The notes under the pieces are model-generated. The model had not been told where the DNA came from. It was given only the letters and a program-made list of their open reading frames with translations, and made no database searches. A program made the translations under genes and the position numbers. A stretch of DNA of 64,000 nt from Sedimentisphaeraceae bacterium JB056 (GTDB taxonomy: Bacteria; Planctomycetota; Phycisphaerae; Sedimentisphaerales; Sedimentisphaeraceae): positions 102,173-166,172 of the forward strand of contig JBITAJ010000017.1 of NCBI GenBank assembly GCA_044440125.1, read 5' to 3'. Shown in pieces: positions 30,371-40,156 of this stretch. Within the stretch, counting starts at the first letter, position 1. Each line of letters starts with the position of its first letter.

Positions 30371-30703
30371 TTGATGATCGGGAAAATAATACTCACGTAC
30401 ATTGTAACAATATTGGTAGTTGCCAACGCTTATGCGTTGGCAATACAGGCCGGTGTTGCTTTACGAGAAATACATTCTGATACATCAACGGTTCTCCGGA
30501 ACACTATCGGCACATGGGATGTAATTGCCCAGTCGTTTGTTGAGCCGTATTCGGACGGCATATGCGTGATTGATGCTTATGAACTTGGTTACAGAACCTG
30601 CGCAATGCCGAATATAACTTCAGATGACTTCTATGTAGGTTATGATGTCACAACTGATGCCACTGTTATACAGAGTAGATATAAGGCATCATATGCAAGA
30701 TAA
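30371..30703 (+). pseudogene. Internally deleted remnant of a repeat-domain secreted protein
   Basis: Signal peptide plus IQAGVALREIHSDTSTV (like the 26251 gene) joined to IDAYELGYRTCAMPNITSDDFYVGY (like ~29980-30070), then early stop. Confidence 0.7.
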
Positions 30704-30754
30704 GATTTACTGAATTTCATATAAATATATTTTCATATTATACGGAGTATTATT

Positions 30755-31999
30755 TTGAATAGAAAAAAAGTTATAGATGCTCTTGAGCATCGTGAGGGAA
30801 CTCTCCCTATAGATTTCGGCAGTACTGCCGTGACCGGTATGCATATAAGTGTTGTTGAGAAACTTCGCTCATATTTCGGTCTTCCTGACGAGCCGGTGAA
30901 GGTTATCGAACCTTATCAGATGCTCGGTTATATTGATGAACAGCTCAGGGAAGTGCTTAAAATAGATACAGTCGGCGTACCTACGGAAAATACAATATTT
31001 GGTTTTCCTCTTGGCGGTGAAAAGGAATGGATGACTCCATGGGGCCAAAAGGTACTCGTTCCTGATGCATTTGAGATAACGGAGAATGAGAAAGAGGTTT
31101 TCGTGTATCCTCAATCAGACAGGACTGCGGCTCCAAGCGGACGTATGCCTAAGAGCAGCTTTTTCTTTGATACAATTGAAAGGCAGGAGCCTATCGATGA
31201 GGATAAGCTTGACCCGAAGGATAACCTTGAGGAGTTTGGTCTTCTCACCGATAGTCAGATAGATTATTATCGTCAAAGAGTAAATATTGCTCATGAAAGC
31301 GGCAACGCAGTAGTTACCGCTATTCCGGGTACGGCATTCGGTGATATAGCACTTGTTCCGGCGCCGTTTCTCAAAAAACCAAAGGGTATAAGGAATATTG
31401 CCGAGTGGTATATGTCCACTGCGATAAGGCAGGACTATATACATAAGATATTCGAACAACAGCTTGAATATGCAATTGAGAATCTTAAGAAACTTAATGC
31501 AGCTGCGGGTGATAAAATAGATGTACTGTTTATTTGCGGTACTGACTTTGGTACTCAGACGGGGCAGTTCTGTTCTGTTGATGCCTTCCGAACTCTCTGG
31601 AAGCCTTATTATCAGAAACTTAACGGATGGATACATGAGAATACTTCATGGAAGACGTTCAAGCATTCCTGCGGAGCTATTTTTGAGCTTGTAGAAGAAC
31701 TCATTGACAGCGGATTCGATATTCTCAATCCAGTACAGTGTTCGGCTACCGGCATGGCTCCGGCAGATCTCAAACGTCAGTACGGCAGCAGGATTACATT
31801 CTGGGGCGGCGGCGTTGATACGCAGAAGATACTTCCTTTCGGCAGCCCACAAGAGGTTAAGGAAGATGTAGAGAATAAGTGCCGTGTTTTCGCCAAAGAC
31901 GGCGGTTTTGTATTCAATTCGATACATAATGTTCAAGCTATGACACCTGTTGAGAACGTCGCTGCTATGTTTGAAACAGTATGGCAATTTAATAAATAA
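30755..31999 (+). CDS. Uroporphyrinogen decarboxylase / MtaA-CmuA methyltransferase fold protein
   Basis: TTG start after ggag; DFGTQ, KHSCG, LNPVQCSA, TFWGGGVDTQ, GGFVFNSIHNVQ. Confidence 0.88.
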   Translation: MNRKKVIDALEHREGTLPIDFGSTAVTGMHISVVEKLRSYFGLPDEPVKVIEPYQMLGYIDEQLREVLKIDTVGVPTENTIFGFPLGGEKEWMTPWGQKVLVPDAFEITENEKEVFVYPQSDRTAAPSGRMPKSSFFFDTIERQEPIDEDKLDPKDNLEEFGLLTDSQIDYYRQRVNIAHESGNAVVTAIPGTAFGDIALVPAPFLKKPKGIRNIAEWYMSTAIRQDYIHKIFEQQLEYAIENLKKLNAAAGDKIDVLFICGTDFGTQTGQFCSVDAFRTLWKPYYQKLNGWIHENTSWKTFKHSCGAIFELVEELIDSGFDILNPVQCSATGMAPADLKRQYGSRITFWGGGVDTQKILPFGSPQEVKEDVENKCRVFAKDGGFVFNSIHNVQAMTPVENVAAMFETVWQFNK

Positions 32000-32013
32000 G
32001 ACCAGGGTGTACA

Positions 32014-34071
32014 ATGAAGAAATTAATTTTAATTATCTTTGCCGTAGCGCTGATTCAGTTGACAGTAATACAAAAATGCAGTGCGTATTCAGTTGAGGAA
32101 CTTTGCAGCAAACATCCGGAGCGTATAGATATTCTCTTTGAGAATCTGAATATGGATTATGAGGGGCTTGAGGAAGTTAAACAGGCTTTTTATGATGATG
32201 ACAAGGAACTTGCCTGTCAAAAGCTAATTGAATATTATGAGAATTATGGTTCGGGTGGCTGGCTTCGAGACCGGGATGCAACCCCCACCGAAAGACTTGA
32301 CATAGGAGCTGATCTTATACTTCAAGATACTTTTACATTTCAGGGAGTCGAAGGTGTTGTGCCCCGCGATGACAAGGGATTTCTTGACTGGAACTACAGC
32401 CCTAATGATGACTTCCAATGGACATTATTTCTTAACAGGCATTTTCATCTTCGTACAATGATGGATGCATATCTTCAGACAGGTAACGATCGTTATTGCC
32501 AGCGTATAAATGATGACCTCAGAGACTGGATAATAACGAGACCTTATGAAGGAAAAGGACTGAAGCATCTTCCAACTAATAAACAGTGGCAGTGGTCGCT
32601 GCTGGAAGTGGCCAGTCGAGGTGAGATATGGCCGAAGGTTTTTTACGCATTATACGATCAGCTTGATGATGATGTAAAGATTCTGTTACTTTCATCAGTA
32701 TCCGATCACCTGAGTTGTTTGCGTAATTTCCATTCCCGCGGTGGTAATCATCTTGCTTTGGAGCTTAAGGGTCTGGCTATGATGGCCGGCAGTTTCAGGG
32801 AATTCAAAAATGCTGAACCATATCTGGATTATGCTGAAAAGGTTATGTCCAAAAGTCTGTTCGATCAGGTTTACCCCGATGGCGTGCAGAAGGAATTGAC
32901 AGTACATTATCATGGTGTGGCTTTCCGTGCGTTCTATGCCTTTGCGGAAGTTTATGAGAATATAGGCAGGCCTTTGTCAAAGGATTATCTGAATCGCATT
33001 TATCTTATGCTTGATTATATGGCCTATGCAGCCCGCCCGAATGGATGCGGTCCGCTCAATAACGATTCAGATTATGTATATTCTTGGAAGAATATTGAGC
33101 GTGTAGTAAATGAATATGATCGTAATGACTGGCGATATATTGTATCCAATGGGATAGATGGCAAGAAACCTGAAAAGCTCAGTGTATATTATCCATGGGC
33201 CGGACAGGCTGTAATGAGAAGCGGTTGGGATAAGGATGCTCGCTGGAGTTTCTTTGATATGGGTCCATGGGGTACGGGGCACCATCATAGTGACAAGCTT
33301 CATCTATCCATTACTGCTTACGGCAGAGATATAATAGTGGATTCAGGCCGTTATACTTATGTTGGCTACAAGGGCGGCTCTGATTATCCATGGCGAGATT
33401 ATTTTATAACTTCTCCATCGCATAACGTGATACTTGTTGATGGAAAAGGACAAAAGCCAAAGGTCGGTGCATTTAAAGAGCCTTTGGAAAACGCTTTTGT
33501 AAGTAGAGATAATTACGATTTTGCCAGAGGAACCTATGATGAAGGGTATGCTGGTATTGATGAAAAGATAAGTCATACACGTGCACTATTGTATTATCGT
33601 GATGGTTTCTGGGTCGTTGTTGACAGATTTGCGGCAGAAAAGCCTCATAAGATCGAGGCTATGTGGCGATATCATCCTGATTGTCAGGTTGTTAGTGAAG
33701 GTGTATCTGTCACCTCTGCCGACAAGGACGCTGCGAATCTGCGCATCACGCCGGTTTCATCGTTTGATTGGGAATTGCAGCTTGTAAAGGGTCAGGAAAA
33801 ACCTTTCATACAGGGTTGGTACAGCCGTGAGTATAACATGAAAACGCCTAACACTGTTGCGGTTTATTCGGCGAAAATTGATGAACCTTGTAATTTCGTA
33901 TGGGTTTTCACAGTTGATTCATCTGGTACTCCAAAGCCGGTAGAGGCGAATATTATTTCGGACAATGGTAGTCAGGTTGTTGTATCTGTTAAGACTGATG
34001 ATGATAAAAATATGGTATTGAATATACCTATGGATGATGATGTAAAGAATGTTTCTGTTAGGAAAGAATAA
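32014..34071 (+). CDS. Heparinase II/III family lyase (heparinase III/PL12-like)
   Basis: Signal peptide; LNRH, GNH, QVYPDG..E...YH, MRSGW, HHHSDKL, DSGRYTY, SHN. Confidence 0.9.
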   Translation: MKKLILIIFAVALIQLTVIQKCSAYSVEELCSKHPERIDILFENLNMDYEGLEEVKQAFYDDDKELACQKLIEYYENYGSGGWLRDRDATPTERLDIGADLILQDTFTFQGVEGVVPRDDKGFLDWNYSPNDDFQWTLFLNRHFHLRTMMDAYLQTGNDRYCQRINDDLRDWIITRPYEGKGLKHLPTNKQWQWSLLEVASRGEIWPKVFYALYDQLDDDVKILLLSSVSDHLSCLRNFHSRGGNHLALELKGLAMMAGSFREFKNAEPYLDYAEKVMSKSLFDQVYPDGVQKELTVHYHGVAFRAFYAFAEVYENIGRPLSKDYLNRIYLMLDYMAYAARPNGCGPLNNDSDYVYSWKNIERVVNEYDRNDWRYIVSNGIDGKKPEKLSVYYPWAGQAVMRSGWDKDARWSFFDMGPWGTGHHHSDKLHLSITAYGRDIIVDSGRYTYVGYKGGSDYPWRDYFITSPSHNVILVDGKGQKPKVGAFKEPLENAFVSRDNYDFARGTYDEGYAGIDEKISHTRALLYYRDGFWVVVDRFAAEKPHKIEAMWRYHPDCQVVSEGVSVTSADKDAANLRITPVSSFDWELQLVKGQEKPFIQGWYSREYNMKTPNTVAVYSAKIDEPCNFVWVFTVDSSGTPKPVEANIISDNGSQVVVSVKTDDDKNMVLNIPMDDDVKNVSVRKE

Positions 34072-34076
34072 GTTTT

Positions 34077-35801
34077 ATGGATGAAGTTAAACACATTTAT
34101 AAGTTTGTAGCGGCTGATTACTACGTAATTGCCGGTTACCTGCTGATGCTTGTGAGCGTCGGTTTTATTGTCAAGAAGCTTTGCGGCAACGTTAAGGATT
34201 ATTTCATTGGCGGCAACAGGATACCCTGGTGGCTTGCCGGCGGAAGTTGTTTTATGATGTCTTTCAGTGCCTGGACCTTTACCGGTGCCGCGGGTTTTGC
34301 GTTCAAGCATGGTATACTGATTTGTCTGCTGTTTTATTTTAACGTTTTCTCTTATCTTTTTGCCGGTAAGTTCATTGCTGCAAAATGCAGACAGTCAAGG
34401 CGGATTACGTTTGCTCAGATCATATACGACAGATTTGGAAGAATTGGCGAGCAGTTTTTCCTTTGGATACAGGTTCCCAATATGCTCTTCTGCGGTGCAA
34501 TTTGGATGGTTGGGCTTGGGACTTTCATTTCAGCATCTTTCGGCGTCCCGATGCCGATCACTATCATAGTCTGCGGTGTCGTGATACTTATATATTCCAC
34601 AATAAGCGGTTCGTGGGCGGTTATGACAACGGACTTTTTACAGTCGATCATCCTGATGGTACTTACTACGGTGATTTTCTTTCTGACTCTCGGAAAGATA
34701 GGCGGCGTAAGCGGGGTTGTCGAGAATGTAGAACCTGCCAAGCTTCAGCTTTTCAGTGGTGAACATACATGGGTATGGGCGCTTGCTTATTTGGGGCAAA
34801 CATTTTTTGCTTTCAATACCGTTATGTCTGCGCCGCGATATCTTGCGGTAACTGAGGGTAAGGATGCTAAGAAGGTGGCCTATCTTGTAGCTGCACTGTT
34901 TATCGTAGGGCCTCCTATATGGTTCCTGCCTCCGATAGCGGCTTCACACTTCTTTCCAAATATAGCCGAAATACTTCCGCAGCTTAAGAATCCTCAGGAT
35001 GCTGCGTATGTTCTTATAGGACTTTCAGTTCTTCCTAAGGGGCTTGCGGGACTTCTGGTAATGGTGGTCTTTGCTGCTACGCTGTCGATCATGGACAGCT
35101 CGGTAAACCAGAATGCAGCTCTTATATCGCTCAATCTGTACAAACCTTTTTTCAGGCCTAATGCGAGTGAACGTGAGATGTTCATTGTCTCAAGATTGTT
35201 CAATGTGATTTGCGGAGCGGCTGTAACATCAGGAGGTCTTCTGCTTGCAATGCAGGGAGAAATGGCTCTGTTTGATCTGATGCTGTTTTTGTCGGGTTCT
35301 TTGATACTGCCTATAGCGGTGCCGTGCGTACTTATATACTGGGTCAAGAAAACTCCGCACTGGTCAGCAGTTGTGTCAGTTCTTCTTTCTATGACCTACA
35401 GTATTATTACGTTTAAAATGGATGTTTCATTCCCGACAAGAGTATGGGGCACTGTAGCTATAGGAGTCGCCTCTTTCTTCCTATCCGGTCTTTTCTGGAA
35501 GTCTGTAAGAGAGGAAACGAAACAGAATATATTCAAATTCTATAAAACAATAAATACGCCTATTGATGCTGCAAAGGAAATTGATGGTTCTGAAAATGTT
35601 GCGCATCTGTATGTAGTTGGTGTTTTGACAATTATAGTCTCTGTCGGTCTTTCGATTGTGGCCTTCTTCCCTAATGATACCAAGGGTAGAATTATAATAC
35701 TCGTTACTTCTGTGTTGATATTTATAATAGGAATGGCGATGTATGTAATTGGAAAACGATCCATAGGTGAGATAGAGGAAAGAGAGATCGTAGAAGAATG
35801 A
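34077..35801 (+). CDS. Sodium:solute symporter (SSS) family transporter
   Basis: DYFIGG..IPWWLAG, FSAWTFTG.AG, AVMTTDFLQ, AATLS..DS; many TM helices. Confidence 0.92.
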   Translation: MDEVKHIYKFVAADYYVIAGYLLMLVSVGFIVKKLCGNVKDYFIGGNRIPWWLAGGSCFMMSFSAWTFTGAAGFAFKHGILICLLFYFNVFSYLFAGKFIAAKCRQSRRITFAQIIYDRFGRIGEQFFLWIQVPNMLFCGAIWMVGLGTFISASFGVPMPITIIVCGVVILIYSTISGSWAVMTTDFLQSIILMVLTTVIFFLTLGKIGGVSGVVENVEPAKLQLFSGEHTWVWALAYLGQTFFAFNTVMSAPRYLAVTEGKDAKKVAYLVAALFIVGPPIWFLPPIAASHFFPNIAEILPQLKNPQDAAYVLIGLSVLPKGLAGLLVMVVFAATLSIMDSSVNQNAALISLNLYKPFFRPNASEREMFIVSRLFNVICGAAVTSGGLLLAMQGEMALFDLMLFLSGSLILPIAVPCVLIYWVKKTPHWSAVVSVLLSMTYSIITFKMDVSFPTRVWGTVAIGVASFFLSGLFWKSVREETKQNIFKFYKTINTPIDAAKEIDGSENVAHLYVVGVLTIIVSVGLSIVAFFPNDTKGRIIILVTSVLIFIIGMAMYVIGKRSIGEIEEREIVEE

Positions 35802-36829
35802 AAAAGATGAGGACAGCGATAGTGGGGTTAGGCCGAATAGGCTGGTATTATCATATTCCGGAATTACTTTCGCATACAGATCTGTTTGAGTTTGTCTGTG
35901 TATGCGATCCTGTAGATGAGAGGCTTAGAGAAGCTCAAACAAAATATGGTGTGAAGACCTATTCCGAATATGAGCAGATGCTCGAAAATGAAGAACTTGA
36001 CATGGTGGTGATAGCCTCTCCAACCAAATTTCATCTTGAGCAAACTCTAAAGGCTTTTGAGAACGGCTGCGATGTTTTTTGTGAAAAACCTGCGGTTACA
36101 GAAGTCGAAGAGATGAAAACTATAATCGAAGAATCAAAAAAACAATGCCGTAAGTTTATGGTTTATCAGCCTCATCGTGCAGGGGCAGATATCCAATGTC
36201 TTAAAGAGATACTTCGTCAGGGGATTCTTGGCGATCTTTTTATGATAAGGCGAATGAGAATTGATTATACACGCCGTAACGATTGGCAGGCATTTCGTAA
36301 GAACGGCGGCGGTATGCTCACTAATTACGGCTCCCATTTTGTAGACCAGATGCTCCACCTGGCCGGTAAGAATATTGAAAAGATATACTATACCGAACGA
36401 AAGGTAGCATCTCTCGGTGATGCTGAGGATGTTATAAGAATATTTATGGAAACATCTGAAGGTTTGATTCTCGATATTGATATCAATATGGCTTGCGCTA
36501 TGCCTCTTCAACCATGGATTGTTTATGGTAAATATGGCACAGCATCGCTTGATTTTGACGGCAAACATTGGAATGTCAGATACTGCAAGCCTGATGAGCT
36601 TGAGGATATGACTATTCAGAATACTCTTGCCGCTGATAACAGAAGCTACGAGAACGGTGAGAATATCAAGTGGTATGAGCAGGAATTCAATGTGGCTGAT
36701 TATCCGGCTATTGATTATTATCGTAATTGTTATGACTATTTTACCGGTTTTGAAAAACCATTGGTGCCTTGTGATGAGACATTACGATTAATAGAAATAT
36801 TATGTGAATGCAGAAACCAGACTCTCTGA
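35798..36829 (+). CDS. Gfo/Idh/MocA family oxidoreductase
   Basis: GLGRIG, CEKP, GGMLTNYGSH..D; ATGA overlap with the transporter. Confidence 0.92.
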   Translation: MKKMRTAIVGLGRIGWYYHIPELLSHTDLFEFVCVCDPVDERLREAQTKYGVKTYSEYEQMLENEELDMVVIASPTKFHLEQTLKAFENGCDVFCEKPAVTEVEEMKTIIEESKKQCRKFMVYQPHRAGADIQCLKEILRQGILGDLFMIRRMRIDYTRRNDWQAFRKNGGGMLTNYGSHFVDQMLHLAGKNIEKIYYTERKVASLGDAEDVIRIFMETSEGLILDIDINMACAMPLQPWIVYGKYGTASLDFDGKHWNVRYCKPDELEDMTIQNTLAADNRSYENGENIKWYEQEFNVADYPAIDYYRNCYDYFTGFEKPLVPCDETLRLIEILCECRNQTL

Positions 36830-36863
36830 TTATAAAGGAGTAGCGGTTTTAAGAGGTGATGAA

Positions 36864-38000
36864 ATGAATAGACGCCAGAGACTTCTTGCAACATTTTCCG
36901 GTAAACCGGTAGATAGGCCGCCGGTCAGTTTTTATGAGATAGGCTCATTTAAGTATGACCCGGATGACCCTGATGAATTCAATGTGCATAACGATCCTTC
37001 CTGGAGAGAGCTGCTCGAGCTTGCGGAAGAAAAGACTGATATAATCAGGCTCATAGGAGCCAAGAACAATGATTTAGTGAATGAGTCTCAGAAAAAATTC
37101 TTGAAGGTTGAGAAATGGCGGGAAGGTGACAGTAAGTATGTCAAAAATACGGTGAGTATTTGCGGCAGGGAAATTACCGAACTTATGCGCCGTGATACCG
37201 ATACTGACACCGTATGGAAGCTTGAGCATTACATCAAAAATCTTGATGACTTGAAAGCTTTTTTAGAATTGCCGTTTGAGATTTTTGATTACGCCTATGA
37301 TTGTGATGCGTTATTGGCAAGTGAAAAAGAGCTTGGCGATTCGGGGATTGCCGGATTTGATACGGCAGACCCATTGTGCAGGGCGGCGGACTTGTTCTCG
37401 ATGGAAGATTTTACAATATTCGCAATGACTGAGAAGGAGCTTTTCCACCAACTCTTGCAAAAGTTTTCAGAGATTATATATCCGGCAGTCGAGAAAGCTG
37501 TTGATCAATGTCCAGGAAGATTGTGGCGAATTTACGGGCCTGAATATGCTACTGAGCCGTATTTGCCGCCGGCTCTTTTCGATGAGTATGCAGCGGCTTA
37601 CGATAAGCCTATTATCGATATGATCCATAAGGGCAATGGCTTTGCGAGAATACATGCTCACGGCAGGCTCAAGAATGTACTTCCGTTCATTGCTGAAATG
37701 GGAGCAGATGGCCTTGATCCAATTGAGCCGCCTATTCAGGGTGATGTTGAGTTGGAATATGTGAGAGAAAAATACGGTGAAAATCTCGTGTTATTTGGTA
37801 ATCTTGAAATAACTGACATAGAAAATCTCGAGTCTCAGGAGTTTGAAGATAAAGTTCATACGGCGTTACAGCAAGGTACTTCAGGAAATGGGAGAGGATT
37901 TGTGCTGATGCCTTCAGCTTCCCCATATGGAAGAATAATAACAAATAGGACAATGGCTAATTACCAGACTATTATTAGGTTTGTTGAAAACTGGAATTAA
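36864..38000 (+). CDS. UroD/MtaA-fold protein
   Basis: RBS gaggtg, ATG 36864; RQRLLA...DRPPV, RIHAHG, DPIEPP.QGD, LFGNLE. Confidence 0.82.
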   Translation: MNRRQRLLATFSGKPVDRPPVSFYEIGSFKYDPDDPDEFNVHNDPSWRELLELAEEKTDIIRLIGAKNNDLVNESQKKFLKVEKWREGDSKYVKNTVSICGREITELMRRDTDTDTVWKLEHYIKNLDDLKAFLELPFEIFDYAYDCDALLASEKELGDSGIAGFDTADPLCRAADLFSMEDFTIFAMTEKELFHQLLQKFSEIIYPAVEKAVDQCPGRLWRIYGPEYATEPYLPPALFDEYAAAYDKPIIDMIHKGNGFARIHAHGRLKNVLPFIAEMGADGLDPIEPPIQGDVELEYVREKYGENLVLFGNLEITDIENLESQEFEDKVHTALQQGTSGNGRGFVLMPSASPYGRIITNRTMANYQTIIRFVENWN

Positions 38001-38017
38001 TTTCAAGGATACGATTT

Positions 38018-39037
38018 ATGGAAAGCAAAGAAATAGTACGCAGGGCGATAGAATTTGATAACCCTCCGCGCCTACCGTTTTTTATCGGCGGTATGTGGAA
38101 CGATCATTTTAAGCGTAAGAATATGGATATTCCCAACGATGTGCTCGACTGTTGGGAGATGGACAGGCAGAAAGCTGGCTGGTTCTTCGATAATCCGGTA
38201 GAAGATGATTGGGGTTGCGGTTGGGGCAAGACGGCTCTGGATAATATCGGGCAGGTGGTAAGCCATCCTCTCTCTGACTGGAAAGCTTTCGATTCTTTTA
38301 TTCCCCCCAGTCCACACGAAGAATTCTATTACGAAAGGATTGAGGAGCATATAAAAGATGCCGGCGATAAATACGTTATGTTGACAAGTCATTTCAATTT
38401 TATTGAACGATTTGAGATGCTCAGAGGTTTCGATAATGCGTTGATAGACTTTTATACGGAACCGGAAAAGACCAACAAACTGCTTGATATGGTGCTTGAG
38501 TTCAAACTTGGTCTTATTGAGGAAACAGCAAAGCGTTTTGGTGACAGGGTCAACGGTTTCTTTATGACTGATGACTGGGGAACTCAGGAGAATACATATA
38601 TCTCGGTTGATTTATTTAAGGAATATTTCTACGACCGTTATAAAATTCTGACAGATGCGATGCACAGTCATGGTTATCATTTCATTCTTCACAGTTGCGG
38701 CAAGATAAATCAGTTTGTCCCTGTATTTGCAGAGATAGGAATCGACATGCTCAATATGGGCCAGCCAAAGTGCTACGGCATAGAAGAACTTGGAGAGATA
38801 GCACGCGGCAAGATTGCGTTTCTTGCTACATGCGATATTCAGGCTACATTGCCAAAGGGCGACCCTGATGAGATAAAACAAGAGGCTTTGGATCTGGTGA
38901 AGAACTGGTCTACTCCTGAAGGCGGGTTTGTGGTATTTAACTACGGTGACCCAGAGGCCATCGGCTCTACAAACGAGATAGCCGAGATAATGTTCGAGGC
39001 CTTCGACGATCTCAAATATTATTGGAAAGATAAATGA
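38018..39037 (+). CDS. UroD/MtaA-fold protein
   Basis: DDWGCGW, LRGFDN, DDWGTQ, LHSCG, DIQATLP. Confidence 0.85.
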   Translation: MESKEIVRRAIEFDNPPRLPFFIGGMWNDHFKRKNMDIPNDVLDCWEMDRQKAGWFFDNPVEDDWGCGWGKTALDNIGQVVSHPLSDWKAFDSFIPPSPHEEFYYERIEEHIKDAGDKYVMLTSHFNFIERFEMLRGFDNALIDFYTEPEKTNKLLDMVLEFKLGLIEETAKRFGDRVNGFFMTDDWGTQENTYISVDLFKEYFYDRYKILTDAMHSHGYHFILHSCGKINQFVPVFAEIGIDMLNMGQPKCYGIEELGEIARGKIAFLATCDIQATLPKGDPDEIKQEALDLVKNWSTPEGGFVVFNYGDPEAIGSTNEIAEIMFEAFDDLKYYWKDK

Positions 39038-39062
39038 TAGTTTTTAAGGTTTAGTTTGTTTT

Positions 39063-39109
39063 AATAACGGAGTGTAATGTCGATAGCGATTTTACACTCC
39101 GTTTTATTT
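39063..39109. terminator. Bidirectional terminator between convergent genes
   Basis: aacggagtgtaa...ttacactccgtt inverted repeat with flanking A/T runs. Confidence 0.8.
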
Positions 39110-40024
39110 TTAGTGGCTGTTACGGTAGAATTTAGGAGATATTCCGTATATCTTCTTGAAGACGCTTGAGAAATAGTATTGATTCTCATAATTAAGCATG
39201 ATGCTTATCTGCTTTATTGAATAATCCGTCTGTATCAGCATCAAGGCGGCTTTGTTCATCTTCAGTTTGGTGACATATGCCATTGGACTTATATTAGCGT
39301 GTTTTTTGAATAAGCGGCAAAGGTAAATACTATTGATGCAGCATTTATCGGCTATATCGTCAATTGAGATTATACTGCTGAAATTATTGCTTATGTAATT
39401 ATGGCATTCAAGATATTTCAGGCGAGATGTGTTGGGATGCTCGCGGTTGTCAAGAATCATCGTGTTAAGTTTGATAAGAAGTATTTTAAGGAAGCTGTCG
39501 CAGATGATCTGTGAATTTTCTGACTTTTCAAAACAACTTTCAGCTATATTTTCAAAGAGACTCTGTATCTTAGCCGGAGTTGTTACGCTCCAGATGTTTT
39601 TGTCTTTATTTTGCGTGTTTTTGAAGAGTTTACAGATTTCAGTGCCGGTAAAATGGATATAAATAAATTTCAATGGTTTATCCAGATTGTTTTCAACAAT
39701 TCCGGAGTCTTGCGGAGAAAAATAATACACGCAGCCTGGGTCTGCTATGTTCTCATTTTTATTGTTATATACTTTTGCCTGGCCTCTTACTATATATGTC
39801 AGACGATGGAAGGGGTAGTTGTATAAATTGAATCGGTAGCCGGGTGAGACCTCTGATATCCCACTGCAGATAGTACCGAGCTCACCTTTAAGATCAACAC
39901 CATAACAAATACCTGTTTCAGTGCTTAGAACAAGGTCTAAATTCCTCTTTATCTCCTGGTCTGTATTGTATTTGCGGTTTAACGCAAGTTCCAATTCTGA
40001 ATCTGGTCTGAATTTCTGGGCCAT
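39110..40024 (-). CDS. AraC family transcriptional regulator
   Basis: Cupin-type N-domain; YLCRLFKK...SPMAY...SIKQI...NQYYFSSVFKKIYGISP. Confidence 0.93.
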   Translation of the reverse strand: MAQKFRPDSELELALNRKYNTDQEIKRNLDLVLSTETGICYGVDLKGELGTICSGISEVSPGYRFNLYNYPFHRLTYIVRGQAKVYNNKNENIADPGCVYYFSPQDSGIVENNLDKPLKFIYIHFTGTEICKLFKNTQNKDKNIWSVTTPAKIQSLFENIAESCFEKSENSQIICDSFLKILLIKLNTMILDNREHPNTSRLKYLECHNYISNNFSSIISIDDIADKCCINSIYLCRLFKKHANISPMAYVTKLKMNKAALMLIQTDYSIKQISIMLNYENQYYFSSVFKKIYGISPKFYRNSH

Positions 40025-40156
40025 TAAATTTAGATTTCAACAAGTTTGATTATGGCATTTATATGATGGTATAGAATCATCATAACCAAGTTTTAATATT
40101 CCAAACTCAGTATATCAACTTGTTGTTTTTTGTCAATAAATGGCTTTTATACGCTG

